Source: Deltaproteobacteria bacterium (GTDB lineage Bacteria > Chloroflexota > Dehalococcoidia > Dehalococcoidales > BS750m-G39). Taken from it: a stretch of DNA of 64,000 nt. The notes below the pieces were generated by a model that made no database searches, was not told the DNA's origin, and was given only the letters and a program-made list of their open reading frames with translations. The position numbers and the translations under genes were made by a program. Positions within the stretch are counted from its first letter, which is position 1. The number at the start of each line of letters is the position of its first letter. Shown in pieces: positions 1-10,510 of the stretch. The DNA is taken from NCBI GenBank assembly GCA_030603275.1, contig JAUVYB010000001.1:19832-83831 (forward strand). The letters are read 5' to 3'.

Positions 1-826
1 AGAAGCCGACAGGCTCTTGAGTCAAGAGAAGGAGGCAGCCCAAAAAGCCGAGGAAGCCAGCCGGGAGCTGCGCCAGAGGCTGGAGGCTGACCACCAGAAA
101 AGCCAGGAGCTAAATAAAGAACTCGGAGCCCTCCCCCAGCTGGCCACTGATTTAACTCAGGCGGAGACCGAACACCAAACGCTGGCCGCCCGGCAAAAGC
201 AAGCCCAGGAGCTAGCGTGGCAGGCAAAATCAAAGCTGGAGCGCTGTGCTGAGCTGGAGGCACAACAGAAGGAAAAGGGTAAGCTGCTGGGTGAAGCGTC
301 AAGGGAGGAGAAAATATATAAAGACCTGGCCCAGGCCTTTGGCAAAAAGGGGATACAGGCCCTGCTCATTGAGATAGCCCTGCCTGAAATTGAAGCTGAA
401 GCCAACAAATTGCTAGCAAGAATGACCGATAACCGAATGCACGTCAAGATTGAAACCCAGAGAGAGACCAGGAAGGGAGACCTGCAAGAGACCCTGGATA
501 TAAAAATCGCTGACGAACTGGGAACACGTAACTACGAAATGTTTAGCGGTGGTGAAGCCTTTCGCATCAACTTTGCCGTCCGTATCGCCCTGTCCAAGCT
601 GCTGGCCAGAAGGGCCGGAGCGCCGCTGCCCACCCTGATTATAGATGAAGGCTTCGGCACCCAGGATGTCACCGGCATAGAAAAACTGAAAGAGGCAATA
701 AACTCAATTCAGGACGATTTTGAAAAGATACTGGTCATTACTCACATGGAGGAAATGAGGGACGCCTTCCCCACCCGGATTGATGTTATCAAGACCGCTG
801 AAGGCTCAACTATTGAGATCAGCTAA
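1..826 (+). CDS. sbcC: SbcC/Rad50-family DNA repair ATPase, C-terminal part (5' end lies outside the window)
   Basis: Coiled-coil-like Q/E/K-rich stretch, then ABC signature FSGGEAFRINFAVRIALS and Walker B LIIDEGFGTQD. The frame is open to the window edge. Confidence 0.85.
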   Translation, partial: EADRLLSQEKEAAQKAEEASRELRQRLEADHQKSQELNKELGALPQLATDLTQAETEHQTLAARQKQAQELAWQAKSKLERCAELEAQQKEKGKLLGEASREEKIYKDLAQAFGKKGIQALLIEIALPEIEAEANKLLARMTDNRMHVKIETQRETRKGDLQETLDIKIADELGTRNYEMFSGGEAFRINFAVRIALSKLLARRAGAPLPTLIIDEGFGTQDVTGIEKLKEAINSIQDDFEKILVITHMEEMRDAFPTRIDVIKTAEGSTIEIS

Positions 827-827
827 T

Positions 828-1379
828 CTATAGACCCAGGCTCGGGGCAATCCCCTTCATCGCCTCCAGCCCCAGCCCCAGAAACTCGTCAAGCTCAATC
901 CCAAGCCCAGCACACTGAGCGATTTGCTCCCTGTTAGCGCCGGCGGCAAAGCTTTTTTCCTTAAACTTCTTCCCCACCGACTTCGCCTCAACCCCGGCCA
1001 GCTTTTTATCGGGGCGCACCAGGGCGGCGGCAATGATTAAGCCGGTCAGCGGGTCGGCACAACACAGGGCTTTATCCAGATTAGTCTCCATGGGAATGCC
1101 ATGGGCCTGATTATGGCACAGAATGGCGTGAGCCATCGCCTCGCTACCTCCAAGCTCCCTGGCCAGATCAGCCCCCAGCCGGCTGTGGGTGCTCATATCC
1201 CCTTCGGTAAGCTCCAAGTCAATATCATGCAGTAGCCCGGTAAGCCCCCACTCCTCCTCATCCTCGCCGAAGCGCCCGGCTAAAGCCCGCATAATAGCCT
1301 CGGTAGCCAGCATATGCTTTATCGTGTTGTTATTCTCGATATTGGCTTTGATTGAGTCCAGCGCTTCTTCTCGAGTCAC
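828..1379 (-). CDS. HD-domain metal-dependent phosphohydrolase
   Basis: 183-aa ORF with the HD motif LLHDIDLE and downstream His residues. Convergent with sbcC, stop codons 1 nt apart. Confidence 0.7.
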   Translation of the reverse strand: MTREEALDSIKANIENNNTIKHMLATEAIMRALAGRFGEDEEEWGLTGLLHDIDLELTEGDMSTHSRLGADLARELGGSEAMAHAILCHNQAHGIPMETNLDKALCCADPLTGLIIAAALVRPDKKLAGVEAKSVGKKFKEKSFAAGANREQIAQCAGLGIELDEFLGLGLEAMKGIAPSLGL

Positions 1380-1408
1380 CCTCGCCCCCTTTACTGCCAG
1401 GCAAAATG

Positions 1409-4270
1409 CTACCCACTCAAAGCATACTCCATGTCCTCGTCTTTATGCAACACTCGGCGCAAATACTGACCGGTGGCGGAAGATTTCTCCTTAGCAATCT
1501 CCTCAGGGGTGCCGGTGGCAACTATATAGCCACCCCTGTCGCCAGCCCCCGGCCCGAGGTCAACGATATGGTCAGCGTTCTTTATTACATCCAGGTGGTG
1601 CTCAATAACCACCACGGTATTACCGGCATCAACCAGACGCTGCAGCACCCTCAGCAGCACGGCTACATCCTCAAAAGAAAGGCCGGTGGTTGGTTCGTCA
1701 AGAATATAGAATGTCCGGCCGGTAGAGCGCCGTGACAGCTCGGTGGACAGCTTAACCCGCTGCGCCTCACCACCGGAGAGGGTAGGCGCCGGCTGACCAA
1801 TACGAATATATCCCAACCCCACATCCCGCATCGTCGCCAGTTTATTTTTTATCTTGGGGAAATGGTCAAAGAAGGCAAGCGCCTGCTCCACGGTCATATC
1901 CAGCACCTCGGCGATGTTCTTGCCCTTAAACCTGATTTCCAGAGCCTCCCGGTTATAACGCTTCCCCTTGCACACCTCGCAGGGGACGGTCACATCGGGC
2001 AGGAACTGCATCTCAATCTGGTTAAACCCCTCCCCACGGCAGGCTTCGCAGCGCCCTCCCTTAACATTAAACGAGAACCGACCCGGCCCGTAGCCCCTCA
2101 TCCGGGCCTCGGGAACAGTGGCAAAGAGCTCACGGACGGGGGTAAAGGTGCCGGTATAGGTAGCGGGGTTGCTGCGCGGGGTACGCCCGATAGGAGACTG
2201 GTCGATATTGACCACCTTATCAATATGCTCAACGCCGGTGATATCGTCACAGTCGCCCGCTCTCTCCCGCGACCGATAGAAGAGATTTGCCAGCTTTTTG
2301 TACAAAATATCGTCAATAAGGGTGCTTTTACCGCTGCCGGAAACCCCGGTGATACAGACAAACTTGCCCAGAGGGATACGGACATCTATATCTTTGAGGT
2401 TATTCTCCTTCGCCCCCTTGATTACGAGCTCCTGGCCCGAGCCGGGACGGCGTGTGGTGGGCAAGGGAATCTGTTTGGCGCCACTTAAGTATTGCCCGGT
2501 CTTTGACTCGGGGCAATTCATAATATCCGCCAGGGTGCCGGTAGCCACAATCCACCCCCCGTGCTCCCCGGCCCCGGGCCCCATATCTATAACATGGTCA
2601 GCCGCCCTTATCATAGCCTCATCATGCTCCACCACCAGTATGGTATTACCCAGCTCTTTCAGCCGTTTTAATGTCTCAATCAAGCGGAAGTCGTCGGCGG
2701 GGTGCAGGCCTATGGTCGGCTCATCGCAGATATAGAGCACCCCCATAAGCCCACTGCCAATCTGGGTGGCCAATCGGATGCGCTGTGCCTCACCGCCAGC
2801 CAGGGTGGCCGAAGCGCGGTCAAGGGTAAGATAGTCCAGGCCAACATCCCTCAAGAAACTGAGGCGGGATTGAATCTCCTTAATAATCTGGTGAGCTATC
2901 ATCTTCTCCCGCTTATTAAGCACTACCTTCCTGCCTTTGCCGCCAATAGCGGCAACCCACTCCAGCGCCTGATTGACCGACATAGCGCTAACATCCATGA
3001 TATTCCTGCCGCCTATGGTCACGGCCAGAGACTCCGGTTTCAACCGTTTACCCTGGCACGACGGGCAGGGTGTCAGCACCATATAGCGTTCAATGTTAGC
3101 CCGCGAATTATCCGATTCCGTCTCCCGGTACTGCCTTTCCATAGTCGGGATAATACCCTCAAAACCGTCACCATACCGCCTCAGCCGGCCGAAGCGGTTG
3201 CGGTAATACTTAGCCTCACCCCCCTCCCCATAGAGCAACAGGTTAAGTTGCTCGGGGTTTAATTCTTTCAGGGGCTTATCCAGCGAAATGCCGTGAGCCC
3301 TGGCCATAGGCTCCAGCCGATAAAAGTACCAGGTATGGAACTGCCAGGGACGGATGGCACCCTGCGCGATGGAGAGATCTTTATTTAACACCAGCTCCGG
3401 GTCTATCTCCTGTTTAAACCCCAAACCGGAGCAGGCACGGCAGGCACCGTGAGGGCTATTAAAGCTAAAGGTTCGGGGGGCAATCTCCCCCAAACTGATG
3501 CCGCAGTGCACACAGGCAAAGTGCTCCGAAAAGAGCAGTTCCTCGCCATCAGCAATAGACACCAGCACCACCCCCGCCCCCAGCTTTAGGGCAGTCTCCA
3601 CCGAGTCGGCGATACGGCTCTGGCTCCCCGATTGCCCCACCACCAGCCGGTCCACTACCGCCTCAATGGAATGCTTCTTATATTTATCCAGATGGAATTC
3701 CTCGGACAGTTCACAAATCTCACCGTCAACCCTAACGCGCACATAACCTGCCTTGCGCAGATCACTAAAAACCGTCTGGTACTCACCCTTGCGGTCTCTT
3801 ATAAGCGGCGCCAGAATCATAATACGGCTGCCAGCGGGGAGATTTTGAATGGCGTCAACAATCTGCTGCACTGTCTGCGCCGTAATCTCCCGCCCGCACT
3901 TGGGGCAGTGGGGATGACCAACACGGGCAAAAAGCAGCCTCAGGTAATCATAGGTCTCGGTTACCGTACCCACCGTGGAGCGCGGATTCTTACTGGGACC
4001 CTTCTGGTCAATAGAGATAGCCGGGCTCAAGCCCTCAATATAGTCAACCTCGGGCTTTTCCATCCTGCCTAAAAACTGGCGGGCATAAGCCGATAGAGAT
4101 TCAACATAGCGGCGCTGCCCCTCGGCGTAGATGGTATCAAAGGCCAGCGAGCTTTTCCCTGAGCCGGAGACACCGGTGATAACCACCAGCTTATCCCGGG
4201 GAATAACCACATCTATATTCTTGAGGTTGTGCTCACGAGCCCCTTTAACGACAATACTATCTAATAGCAT
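1409..4270 (-). CDS. uvrA: Excinuclease ABC subunit A
   Basis: 953 aa with two ABC ATPase modules (GVSGSGKSS and GVSGSGKST Walker A, two LSGGE signatures). Zinc-finger cysteines CxxC are present. N-terminus reads [14 protein letters not shown]. Confidence 0.97.
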   Translation of the reverse strand: MLLDSIVVKGAREHNLKNIDVVIPRDKLVVITGVSGSGKSSLAFDTIYAEGQRRYVESLSAYARQFLGRMEKPEVDYIEGLSPAISIDQKGPSKNPRSTVGTVTETYDYLRLLFARVGHPHCPKCGREITAQTVQQIVDAIQNLPAGSRIMILAPLIRDRKGEYQTVFSDLRKAGYVRVRVDGEICELSEEFHLDKYKKHSIEAVVDRLVVGQSGSQSRIADSVETALKLGAGVVLVSIADGEELLFSEHFACVHCGISLGEIAPRTFSFNSPHGACRACSGLGFKQEIDPELVLNKDLSIAQGAIRPWQFHTWYFYRLEPMARAHGISLDKPLKELNPEQLNLLLYGEGGEAKYYRNRFGRLRRYGDGFEGIIPTMERQYRETESDNSRANIERYMVLTPCPSCQGKRLKPESLAVTIGGRNIMDVSAMSVNQALEWVAAIGGKGRKVVLNKREKMIAHQIIKEIQSRLSFLRDVGLDYLTLDRASATLAGGEAQRIRLATQIGSGLMGVLYICDEPTIGLHPADDFRLIETLKRLKELGNTILVVEHDEAMIRAADHVIDMGPGAGEHGGWIVATGTLADIMNCPESKTGQYLSGAKQIPLPTTRRPGSGQELVIKGAKENNLKDIDVRIPLGKFVCITGVSGSGKSTLIDDILYKKLANLFYRSRERAGDCDDITGVEHIDKVVNIDQSPIGRTPRSNPATYTGTFTPVRELFATVPEARMRGYGPGRFSFNVKGGRCEACRGEGFNQIEMQFLPDVTVPCEVCKGKRYNREALEIRFKGKNIAEVLDMTVEQALAFFDHFPKIKNKLATMRDVGLGYIRIGQPAPTLSGGEAQRVKLSTELSRRSTGRTFYILDEPTTGLSFEDVAVLLRVLQRLVDAGNTVVVIEHHLDVIKNADHIVDLGPGAGDRGGYIVATGTPEEIAKEKSSATGQYLRRVLHKDEDMEYALSG

Positions 4271-4343
4271 TCTTCTTTTTGCGCCCTTCTACTATTAAAT
4301 TCTACCATTTGCCCCAAAGCACAACAAGTTTGAGCACGAATCC

Positions 4344-4372
4344 TTGATTACATTTCCGGCATCAGATATACT
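4344..4372 (+). promoter_or_regulatory. Candidate sigma70-type promoter for iorAB
   Basis: TTGATT (4344-4349), 17-nt spacer, TATACT (4367-4372). It lies about 55 nt upstream of the iorA start in the uvrA/iorA divergent spacer. Confidence 0.35.
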
Positions 4373-4427
4373 ACCTAATGGCTAGCTGATTGAATGATGC
4401 CCTATAAGACAGGGAAGGAGGCTGGCC

Positions 4428-6326
4428 TTGAAAGAACTAACCATAAGCTCTGACGCCCCCGGCCAGCGGCTTTTTGTCCTGGGCAATGAGGCGATAGCCA
4501 GGGGAGCTATTGAGGCCGGAGTTCAGGTTGCCGCCGCCTACCCCGGTACTCCTTCCAGCGAAATAACGGAAACCCTGGCCGCGGTGGCTAAAGAGCTGGA
4601 CATGTACGTCGAGTGGTCAACTAATGAGAAGGTAGCCTTTGAGGTTGCCCTGGCCGCTTCGATCTGTGGGGTAAGAGCCCTGGCCTCGATGAAACATGTC
4701 GGGGTAAATGTAGCTCACGACCCCCTGATGACCGCCAGCTATATCGGTGCCAAAGGGGGACTGGTTCTGCTCTCCGCCGATGACCCCTGGGCGTGGAGCT
4801 CCCAGAACGAGCAGGATAACCGCTATATCGCTGAACAAGGCTATATTCCCGTCCTTGAACCCTCCTCAGTCCAGGAAGCCAAAGATATGATGGCTGACGC
4901 CTTTAAGCTCTCCGAGCAGTTCCGGCAGCTTTTCATGCTCCGCTCGGTAACCAGGATAGGCCACGCCCGCAGCGATATTACCCTGGGAGAGATATCAAGG
5001 GAAAGAAGAAAAGGGCAGTTTATAAAAGACCGCACCCGGCTGGTCTATACCCCGCGTGAGGCCAGAATAAACAAGCCTCTAATGCTGGAAAGGTTTGAGA
5101 AAATAAAGAAGGCGGTCAATACCCTGCCCTATAACCAGCTAAAGCTGGCCGACGGCGCTAAACTGGGTATCATCGCCTGCGGCCTGTCCTACAGCTATAC
5201 TTTAGAGGCGGTAAAATGGCTGGAGATTGAGGATAGAGTTTCCATACTCAAGATTGGCACCCCCCACCCCCTCCCCGAGGAACTGGTTATAAAGTTGCTA
5301 AAATCAGTAAAAGAGGTGCTGGTAGCCGAGGAGCTGGACCCCTTTGTTGAGCTTCATGTCAAAGCCATCGCCGGAGAGCATAATATACCGGTCAAAATCC
5401 ACGGCAAGGATTTACTGCCCCGGATTGGGGAGCTATCCGCCAGAAAAGTCACCGAAGCCGTCGCCCGCTTAACCAAAACCAAGACGCCAGTGGACTTCGC
5501 CAGTATAGATAAGCTGGAGCAGGAGACAGCCCCCCTCCTCCCCTGGAGACCTCCCGCCCTCTGTCCCGGCTGCCCCCACCGCGCCTCCCATTACGCCATC
5601 AGGGTAGCTTCACGAAGAGTAGCCAGAGACCTTGGTAAAGAGGTAGAAGCTATCTACCCCGGTGACATTGGCTGCTATGCTCTAGGCTACAACCCACCGC
5701 AGGAAGCCTCAGATACCATCATCTGTATGGGGGGCAGCTTCGGCATTGCCAATGGGCTAGCCCGCGTCGTCGACGCACCGATAGTAGCCCACCTGGGCGA
5801 CTCCACATTCTTTCACTCCGGGATACCACCGCTGGTAAACGCCGTCTATAACAAGGCAAATATAACAATGATGATACTGGACAACTCGGCCACGGCCATG
5901 ACCGGCTTCCAGCCCCACCCCGGCACTGGCTATACCGCTATGGGTGATGAGACGGTTCTACTCAAGCCAGAGGATATAGCCAGAGCCTGCGGGGTAAAAT
6001 TCGTCGAGGTCGTCGACCCCTTTAACCTGAAAGAGGCAGCCGAGACTATTGAAAAGGCGATAAGGTTTGAGGGACCGGCCGTCGTCGTCAGCCGGAGGCT
6101 CTGCGCCATAATCGATCAGAGGGAGAGGAAAAAACGGAAGGAAGAGACTATCCCCTACCGCGTAGACCAGGACAAATGCAACAGAAAATGCAACGCCTGC
6201 ATCGAGCTTCTGGGCTGTCCGGCGATAATAAAAGAAGGGACTAAGACGGTAATCGATAGCTCGCTATGCACCGGTTGCGGCATCTGCGCCCAGGTCTGTC
6301 CCTACAAAGCGATAGTACCGGAGTAA
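4428..6326 (+). CDS. iorA: Indolepyruvate/arylpyruvate:ferredoxin oxidoreductase alpha subunit
   Basis: 632 aa with a TPP-dependent 2-oxoacid:ferredoxin oxidoreductase layout. C-terminal ferredoxin domain has CNACIELLGCP and CTGCGICAQVCP. TTG start with GGAGG 8 nt upstream. Confidence 0.85.
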   Translation: MKELTISSDAPGQRLFVLGNEAIARGAIEAGVQVAAAYPGTPSSEITETLAAVAKELDMYVEWSTNEKVAFEVALAASICGVRALASMKHVGVNVAHDPLMTASYIGAKGGLVLLSADDPWAWSSQNEQDNRYIAEQGYIPVLEPSSVQEAKDMMADAFKLSEQFRQLFMLRSVTRIGHARSDITLGEISRERRKGQFIKDRTRLVYTPREARINKPLMLERFEKIKKAVNTLPYNQLKLADGAKLGIIACGLSYSYTLEAVKWLEIEDRVSILKIGTPHPLPEELVIKLLKSVKEVLVAEELDPFVELHVKAIAGEHNIPVKIHGKDLLPRIGELSARKVTEAVARLTKTKTPVDFASIDKLEQETAPLLPWRPPALCPGCPHRASHYAIRVASRRVARDLGKEVEAIYPGDIGCYALGYNPPQEASDTIICMGGSFGIANGLARVVDAPIVAHLGDSTFFHSGIPPLVNAVYNKANITMMILDNSATAMTGFQPHPGTGYTAMGDETVLLKPEDIARACGVKFVEVVDPFNLKEAAETIEKAIRFEGPAVVVSRRLCAIIDQRERKKRKEETIPYRVDQDKCNRKCNACIELLGCPAIIKEGTKTVIDSSLCTGCGICAQVCPYKAIVPE

Positions 6327-6331
6327 AGGGA

Positions 6332-6937
6332 ATGGTAAAAGAGTTCAATATATTAATCACCGGGGTCGGCGGGCAGGGGGTAATTCTGATGTCAGAACTG
6401 CTGGGACGAGCCGCCGTCACCGACAAACTAAGGGTCAGGGGCTCGGAGATACTGGGGATGGCGGTCAGGGGTGGCTCGGTAACCAGCGCCATCAGAATCG
6501 GAGAAGAGGTCTACGGTCCTCTCATCCCCACCGGCAAGTGTAATACCCTGGTCGGCATGGAGCCCTCGGAAGCACTGAGGAATATCGCCTGTCTATCAAA
6601 GTCCAGCCTGGTCATAATTAACACGGCGGTAACCACCCCCTTCACCGTCTTCATAGGTGAGAGTAACTACCCCAGCCCGGAGGAAATACTGGAAAAACTG
6701 GGTAAAGCCTCCGGCAGGATAGTCCAGCTGGATGCGGCTAAAACTGCTCAAGATGCGGGAAGCCGCCTGGCTATCAATATCGTGATGCTGGGGGCATTAT
6801 TCGGCACCGGGCAGCTACCCATAAAAATAGACACCATAAAGGAAACTATAAGAGAGCGCTTCCCGGCTAAACTAGCTCCGGTTAACATCAGAGCCTTTGA
6901 CCTGGGCTACGAGACCTGCCGGCAAGCGGTTAAATAG
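6332..6937 (+). CDS. iorB: Indolepyruvate:ferredoxin oxidoreductase beta subunit
   Basis: N-terminus MVKEFNILITGVGGQGV is typical of the gamma/beta-type OFOR subunit. I moved the start from 6266 to the ATG at 6332, just after the iorA stop. Confidence 0.8.
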   Translation: MVKEFNILITGVGGQGVILMSELLGRAAVTDKLRVRGSEILGMAVRGGSVTSAIRIGEEVYGPLIPTGKCNTLVGMEPSEALRNIACLSKSSLVIINTAVTTPFTVFIGESNYPSPEEILEKLGKASGRIVQLDAAKTAQDAGSRLAINIVMLGALFGTGQLPIKIDTIKETIRERFPAKLAPVNIRAFDLGYETCRQAVK

Positions 6938-6940
6938 CCG

Positions 6941-8230
6941 TTATTCCAGCAGCTCCATAATATGCATCACCTTTACCGGCACCTTATTCCGCAGCAGACT
7001 GTCAATCAACTGAATCTCGCAGCCGGGGCAGCTGCTGGCGACAATATCAGCACCGGTGGACTTTATCGCCTCCACCTTCTTATCGGCAATCTGCTTGGAT
7101 AAGTCGTAATAGTACATGCTGAATGACCCGGCCATCCCGCAGCACCGGTCGGCATTGGGCATCTCAACGTATTCTATATCAGGTATTGACTTTATAATCT
7201 GCCTTGGCTGGCTGGTTATCCCCAGATGCCGGCTCAGATGACACGGGTCGTGCCAGGTAATCTTCTTGCCTTTAACTTGAGCCGAAGGTTTATAAGCCGA
7301 TGCCGGCAGTTTAAGCACATCAACCAGGAACTGGGAAATATCCAGTATCTTGCCGGCAAACTTGGCGTAAGCCTCTTCTCTCTCCGGGGTATCGGCCAGA
7401 AACTTGGGGTAGTCCTTAAGCGCCGAGGTACAGGTGGCGCAATCGGAGATAACATAGTCCAGGCCCTCAAAGGCTTTAACATTGCTATCAGCCATCTTCC
7501 GGCCGGTGTCAAAATCGCCCGCCCCCAGAAATACCGGTGCCCCACAGCACCCCTGCTCTCCGGGCACTATCACCTCCACCCCGTTCCTGGTCAGAAAATC
7601 AATTACATGCTTACCCAGGTCAGGCAGGACAAAATCGGTCATACAGCCGGTAAAATAGCCCACCGTCATCGTGGCCTTAACGCCACCGGGCGGCTTATTT
7701 ACCACCGGAACCATCTGCCTTAAGAACCTGGGGGCAATCTGAGGTATATTCCGCCCCTTACCCAGAGCCGAAAGAAACATGGAAAGGTGTCTGATGGTAC
7801 CCTCGGTCTTAGGCAGAAAAATCCCTTGAAACCAGGAGGCAAAGCGGATCACCCGGCCAAAAAGCGTCCGGCGGGGTAGTAGCCAGCGGTAGATGATATT
7901 ATAGGGGAATTTCAACCCCCTGGCCTTGACCATATCCGCCCTGGCAGCGACGATAACGTTGGGAATGTTGGCTTTAGATGGACAGTTGGCGGTGCAGGTC
8001 ATACAGAGGGTGCACTTGTTCAGACGGTCGGCGTACTCCTTAGTATAATCAAGCTCGCCGGCTAGCAGTCCCCGTATCATCATATTTTTACCGCGGGCAA
8101 CCGAAGGCTCTATCCGCTCCTCCTGATATACCGGGCACCAAAAGGTGCAAAAGCCGCACTTCATGCACTTAGTTAGGTCAGCCTCAAACCTTTTTATCTG
8201 CTCGTATCTATCCTGCTTGCTCTTTGCCAT
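6941..8230 (-). CDS. GlcF-like Fe-S oxidoreductase (2x[4Fe-4S] plus two CCG domains)
   Basis: Contains CMKCGFCTFWCP and CTLCMTCTANCP ferredoxin motifs, plus CCG motifs GCCGAP and RCCGMAG. The start lies 1 nt after the stop of the glcD-like gene. Confidence 0.8.
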   Translation of the reverse strand: MAKSKQDRYEQIKRFEADLTKCMKCGFCTFWCPVYQEERIEPSVARGKNMMIRGLLAGELDYTKEYADRLNKCTLCMTCTANCPSKANIPNVIVAARADMVKARGLKFPYNIIYRWLLPRRTLFGRVIRFASWFQGIFLPKTEGTIRHLSMFLSALGKGRNIPQIAPRFLRQMVPVVNKPPGGVKATMTVGYFTGCMTDFVLPDLGKHVIDFLTRNGVEVIVPGEQGCCGAPVFLGAGDFDTGRKMADSNVKAFEGLDYVISDCATCTSALKDYPKFLADTPEREEAYAKFAGKILDISQFLVDVLKLPASAYKPSAQVKGKKITWHDPCHLSRHLGITSQPRQIIKSIPDIEYVEMPNADRCCGMAGSFSMYYYDLSKQIADKKVEAIKSTGADIVASSCPGCEIQLIDSLLRNKVPVKVMHIMELLE

Positions 8231-8231
8231 A

Positions 8232-9623
8232 TCATACCCTTTCCTCTTCCCATATCTTGCCGGGGTTGAGGATGTGGTTGGGGTCCAGTATCGTCTTTAT
8301 CTTACGCATCAGGTTGAGGGCGACCGGGTCCATAGCTTTTTTAAGAAAACGTTGTTTTTCCAGACCAATGCCGTGCTCCCCGGAGAGGACACCGCCCAAA
8401 GACAGCGCCGCTTCGAATATCTCCTCCATCGCCTTCTGGGCTCTGGCAAATTCCTCCTTATTCCTGATATCGGTAAATATGGACGGGTGAAGATTACCGT
8501 CGCCGGCATGACCCAGGTAGCAGATAAAGAAACCGGTCCTCTCCGATATCTCATCCAGCTTGCGGATAAACTCAACCAGCTTATCCCGGGGCACAGCCAC
8601 ATCCTCAGCCATAACGGTGTGGGCGGCGCCAAAGGTAGCGGCAAAACCGGCGCTTCTCATCTTCCAGTACATAGCCGCCTCACTGGCGTCCTTGGCTACC
8701 TTAATCTCTTTAGCTCCGCTCTTTTTCAGGATATCAACGATTTGCTTAGATTCTGCTTCCACTGCCGCCGGCGAACCGTCAGCCTGAAGCAACAGCAGCG
8801 CCTTGGCATCCACTGGCAGCCCCATAGGGGTCATCTCCTCAATCCGCCGCAGGACAAAATTATCCACAAACTCAATCTTGGCTGGCACCACCCCACTGGC
8901 CATGATATTGGATACTGCCTGCCCGCCGACGGCCATATCGTCAAAGACCGCCATCATGGTCTTGTTGGCCGGTGGCATTGGTATTAATCTCAGCGTTATC
9001 TTGGTGATTAACCCCAGCGTCCCCTCGGAGCCGGTGAACAGCATTATCAGCTCATAGCCGGTACGGTTCTTAACCGTCACCCCGCCAAGGTTCATGATGT
9101 AGCCGTTGGCCAAAACCACCTCCAGCCCCAGAACATACTGCTTGGTCACGCCGTACTTAACGCAGTACGGACCACCTGCATTCTCAGCTACAGTGCCACC
9201 TATAGTACAGCCGAGAAAGCTCTGGGGGTCAGGGGGATAGAACAGGCCCTGCTTAGCCAGGGCAATATTAAAGTCCTGAAGCACGACGCCAGGCTCAACC
9301 GTAGCCGTCAGGTTAGTCTTGTTTATATCCAGGATTTTATTCATCCTGGTGGTACAGAGGACAATACCCCCCTTTATCGGGATGGAGCCACCGCTGACAT
9401 TGGTGCCAGCCCCCCTCGGGGTAACCGGAATTTTGCTCTCGTCAGCCAGCTTCAGAATCTGGGAAACCTGCTCGGCAGTCGTCGGCAGCACCACCACATC
9501 AGGCGCATGAGTCCAAGTAGTGGTGCCATCATAGGAATAGGCATTAAGGTCCTCCCTGGAGGTTAGAACCGCGTCCTTACCCACGACATTGCGCAACTGT
9601 GTTATAATCTTCTTCTCCAGCAT
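8232..9623 (-). CDS. FAD-linked oxidase, GlcD / D-2-hydroxyacid dehydrogenase family
   Basis: 463 aa with an FAD-binding PCMH-type N-terminal domain (PRGAGTNVSGG) and C-terminal GEHGIG. Tightly packed behind the 261-aa ATPase gene (1-nt gap). Confidence 0.85.
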   Translation of the reverse strand: MLEKKIITQLRNVVGKDAVLTSREDLNAYSYDGTTTWTHAPDVVVLPTTAEQVSQILKLADESKIPVTPRGAGTNVSGGSIPIKGGIVLCTTRMNKILDINKTNLTATVEPGVVLQDFNIALAKQGLFYPPDPQSFLGCTIGGTVAENAGGPYCVKYGVTKQYVLGLEVVLANGYIMNLGGVTVKNRTGYELIMLFTGSEGTLGLITKITLRLIPMPPANKTMMAVFDDMAVGGQAVSNIMASGVVPAKIEFVDNFVLRRIEEMTPMGLPVDAKALLLLQADGSPAAVEAESKQIVDILKKSGAKEIKVAKDASEAAMYWKMRSAGFAATFGAAHTVMAEDVAVPRDKLVEFIRKLDEISERTGFFICYLGHAGDGNLHPSIFTDIRNKEEFARAQKAMEEIFEAALSLGGVLSGEHGIGLEKQRFLKKAMDPVALNLMRKIKTILDPNHILNPGKIWEEERV

Positions 9624-9624
9624 A

Positions 9625-10410
9625 TCAACCCCCTTTAGAAACTTTTTCCCAGGCTACCAAAGCCGCCCCCAGGGCAGCCACAATCCGCGGCTCCTCGGGA
9701 AGCAGAAGGCGGCAGCCCAATCCCTCCTCTATGCTCTTCACCAGCCCTATATCCTTAGCCCCCCCACCAACTACAGCACAATCAGGCTCAATGCCAAGCC
9801 TGGCCACCATGGTCTGGATTTTAGCGGCTAAAGTCCTATGCAGGCCAGCCAGAATGTCTTCTTTAGCCGCACCTTCAGCAATGCGGGATACCGCTTCCGA
9901 TTCAGCGAATACGGCACAGCCGGTATTAAAGCTAACCCTGTTTTTAGACTTGAGGGATAACTCGCCGATATCTTCCAGGTCAATCTGCAGCACCCTGGCA
10001 ATCACCTGCAGGAAACGCCCGCTGCCGGCAGCGCATTTCTCACTCAGCAGAAAGGCGGTGGCTCTTCCCCGATTATTCAGCTTAAGCACCCTGGTAAATT
10101 GCCCACCGATATCAATGGCAGTTCGAGCAGCCGGAAATAGATAATACACACCTCTGGCCAGACAGGATATATCGGAAGCCGTTTCACTAGAAAAAGAGGC
10201 GCTGGCAGCACCATATCCGGTAGCTACAGTATAAGCTATATCCTTTAGCGATAGTCCTGCCTTAGTCAAAGCCTCCTCAATCACCTGCTCAGCGGTGAGT
10301 TTATAATTCCCTCCCGATGGCATTACTTCGTAGGCTATAATTTCGTTTTCGGCCATTATTACCGCTTTAGAGAAAGCGGAACCGATATCAATCCCTGCAA
10401 CATAAACCAT
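9625..10410 (-). CDS. Activator-type ATPase of the BcrA/BcrD/HgdC (BadF/BadG/BcrA/BcrD) family, paralogue 2
   Basis: 261 aa with ASKHA N-terminus GIDIGSAFSK. Cluster-ligand contexts EKCAAGSGRFL and TGCAVFAESE are present. Confidence 0.85.
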   Translation of the reverse strand: MVYVAGIDIGSAFSKAVIMAENEIIAYEVMPSGGNYKLTAEQVIEEALTKAGLSLKDIAYTVATGYGAASASFSSETASDISCLARGVYYLFPAARTAIDIGGQFTRVLKLNNRGRATAFLLSEKCAAGSGRFLQVIARVLQIDLEDIGELSLKSKNRVSFNTGCAVFAESEAVSRIAEGAAKEDILAGLHRTLAAKIQTMVARLGIEPDCAVVGGGAKDIGLVKSIEEGLGCRLLLPEEPRIVAALGAALVAWEKVSKGG

Positions 10411-10440
10411 TTTTATCTTAGAACCCTATCCCCTGTATCC

Positions 10441-10499
10441 CCTTCCCCTTGTTAAGAGGAAGGGGAAGGTTTTTTTCTGAAGAGGGACGAAGTCCCTCT
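10441..10499. other. Two adjacent GC-rich hairpins in the 100-nt spacer between the two ATPase genes
   Basis: Hairpin A pairs CCTTCCCCTT (10441-10450) with AAGGGGAAGG (10460-10469), followed by T7 on the plus strand. Hairpin B pairs AAGAGGGAC (10480-10488) with GTCCCTCTT (10492-10500) around a GAA triloop. Confidence 0.6.
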
Positions 10500-10510
10500 T
10501 AAACTCCCCA

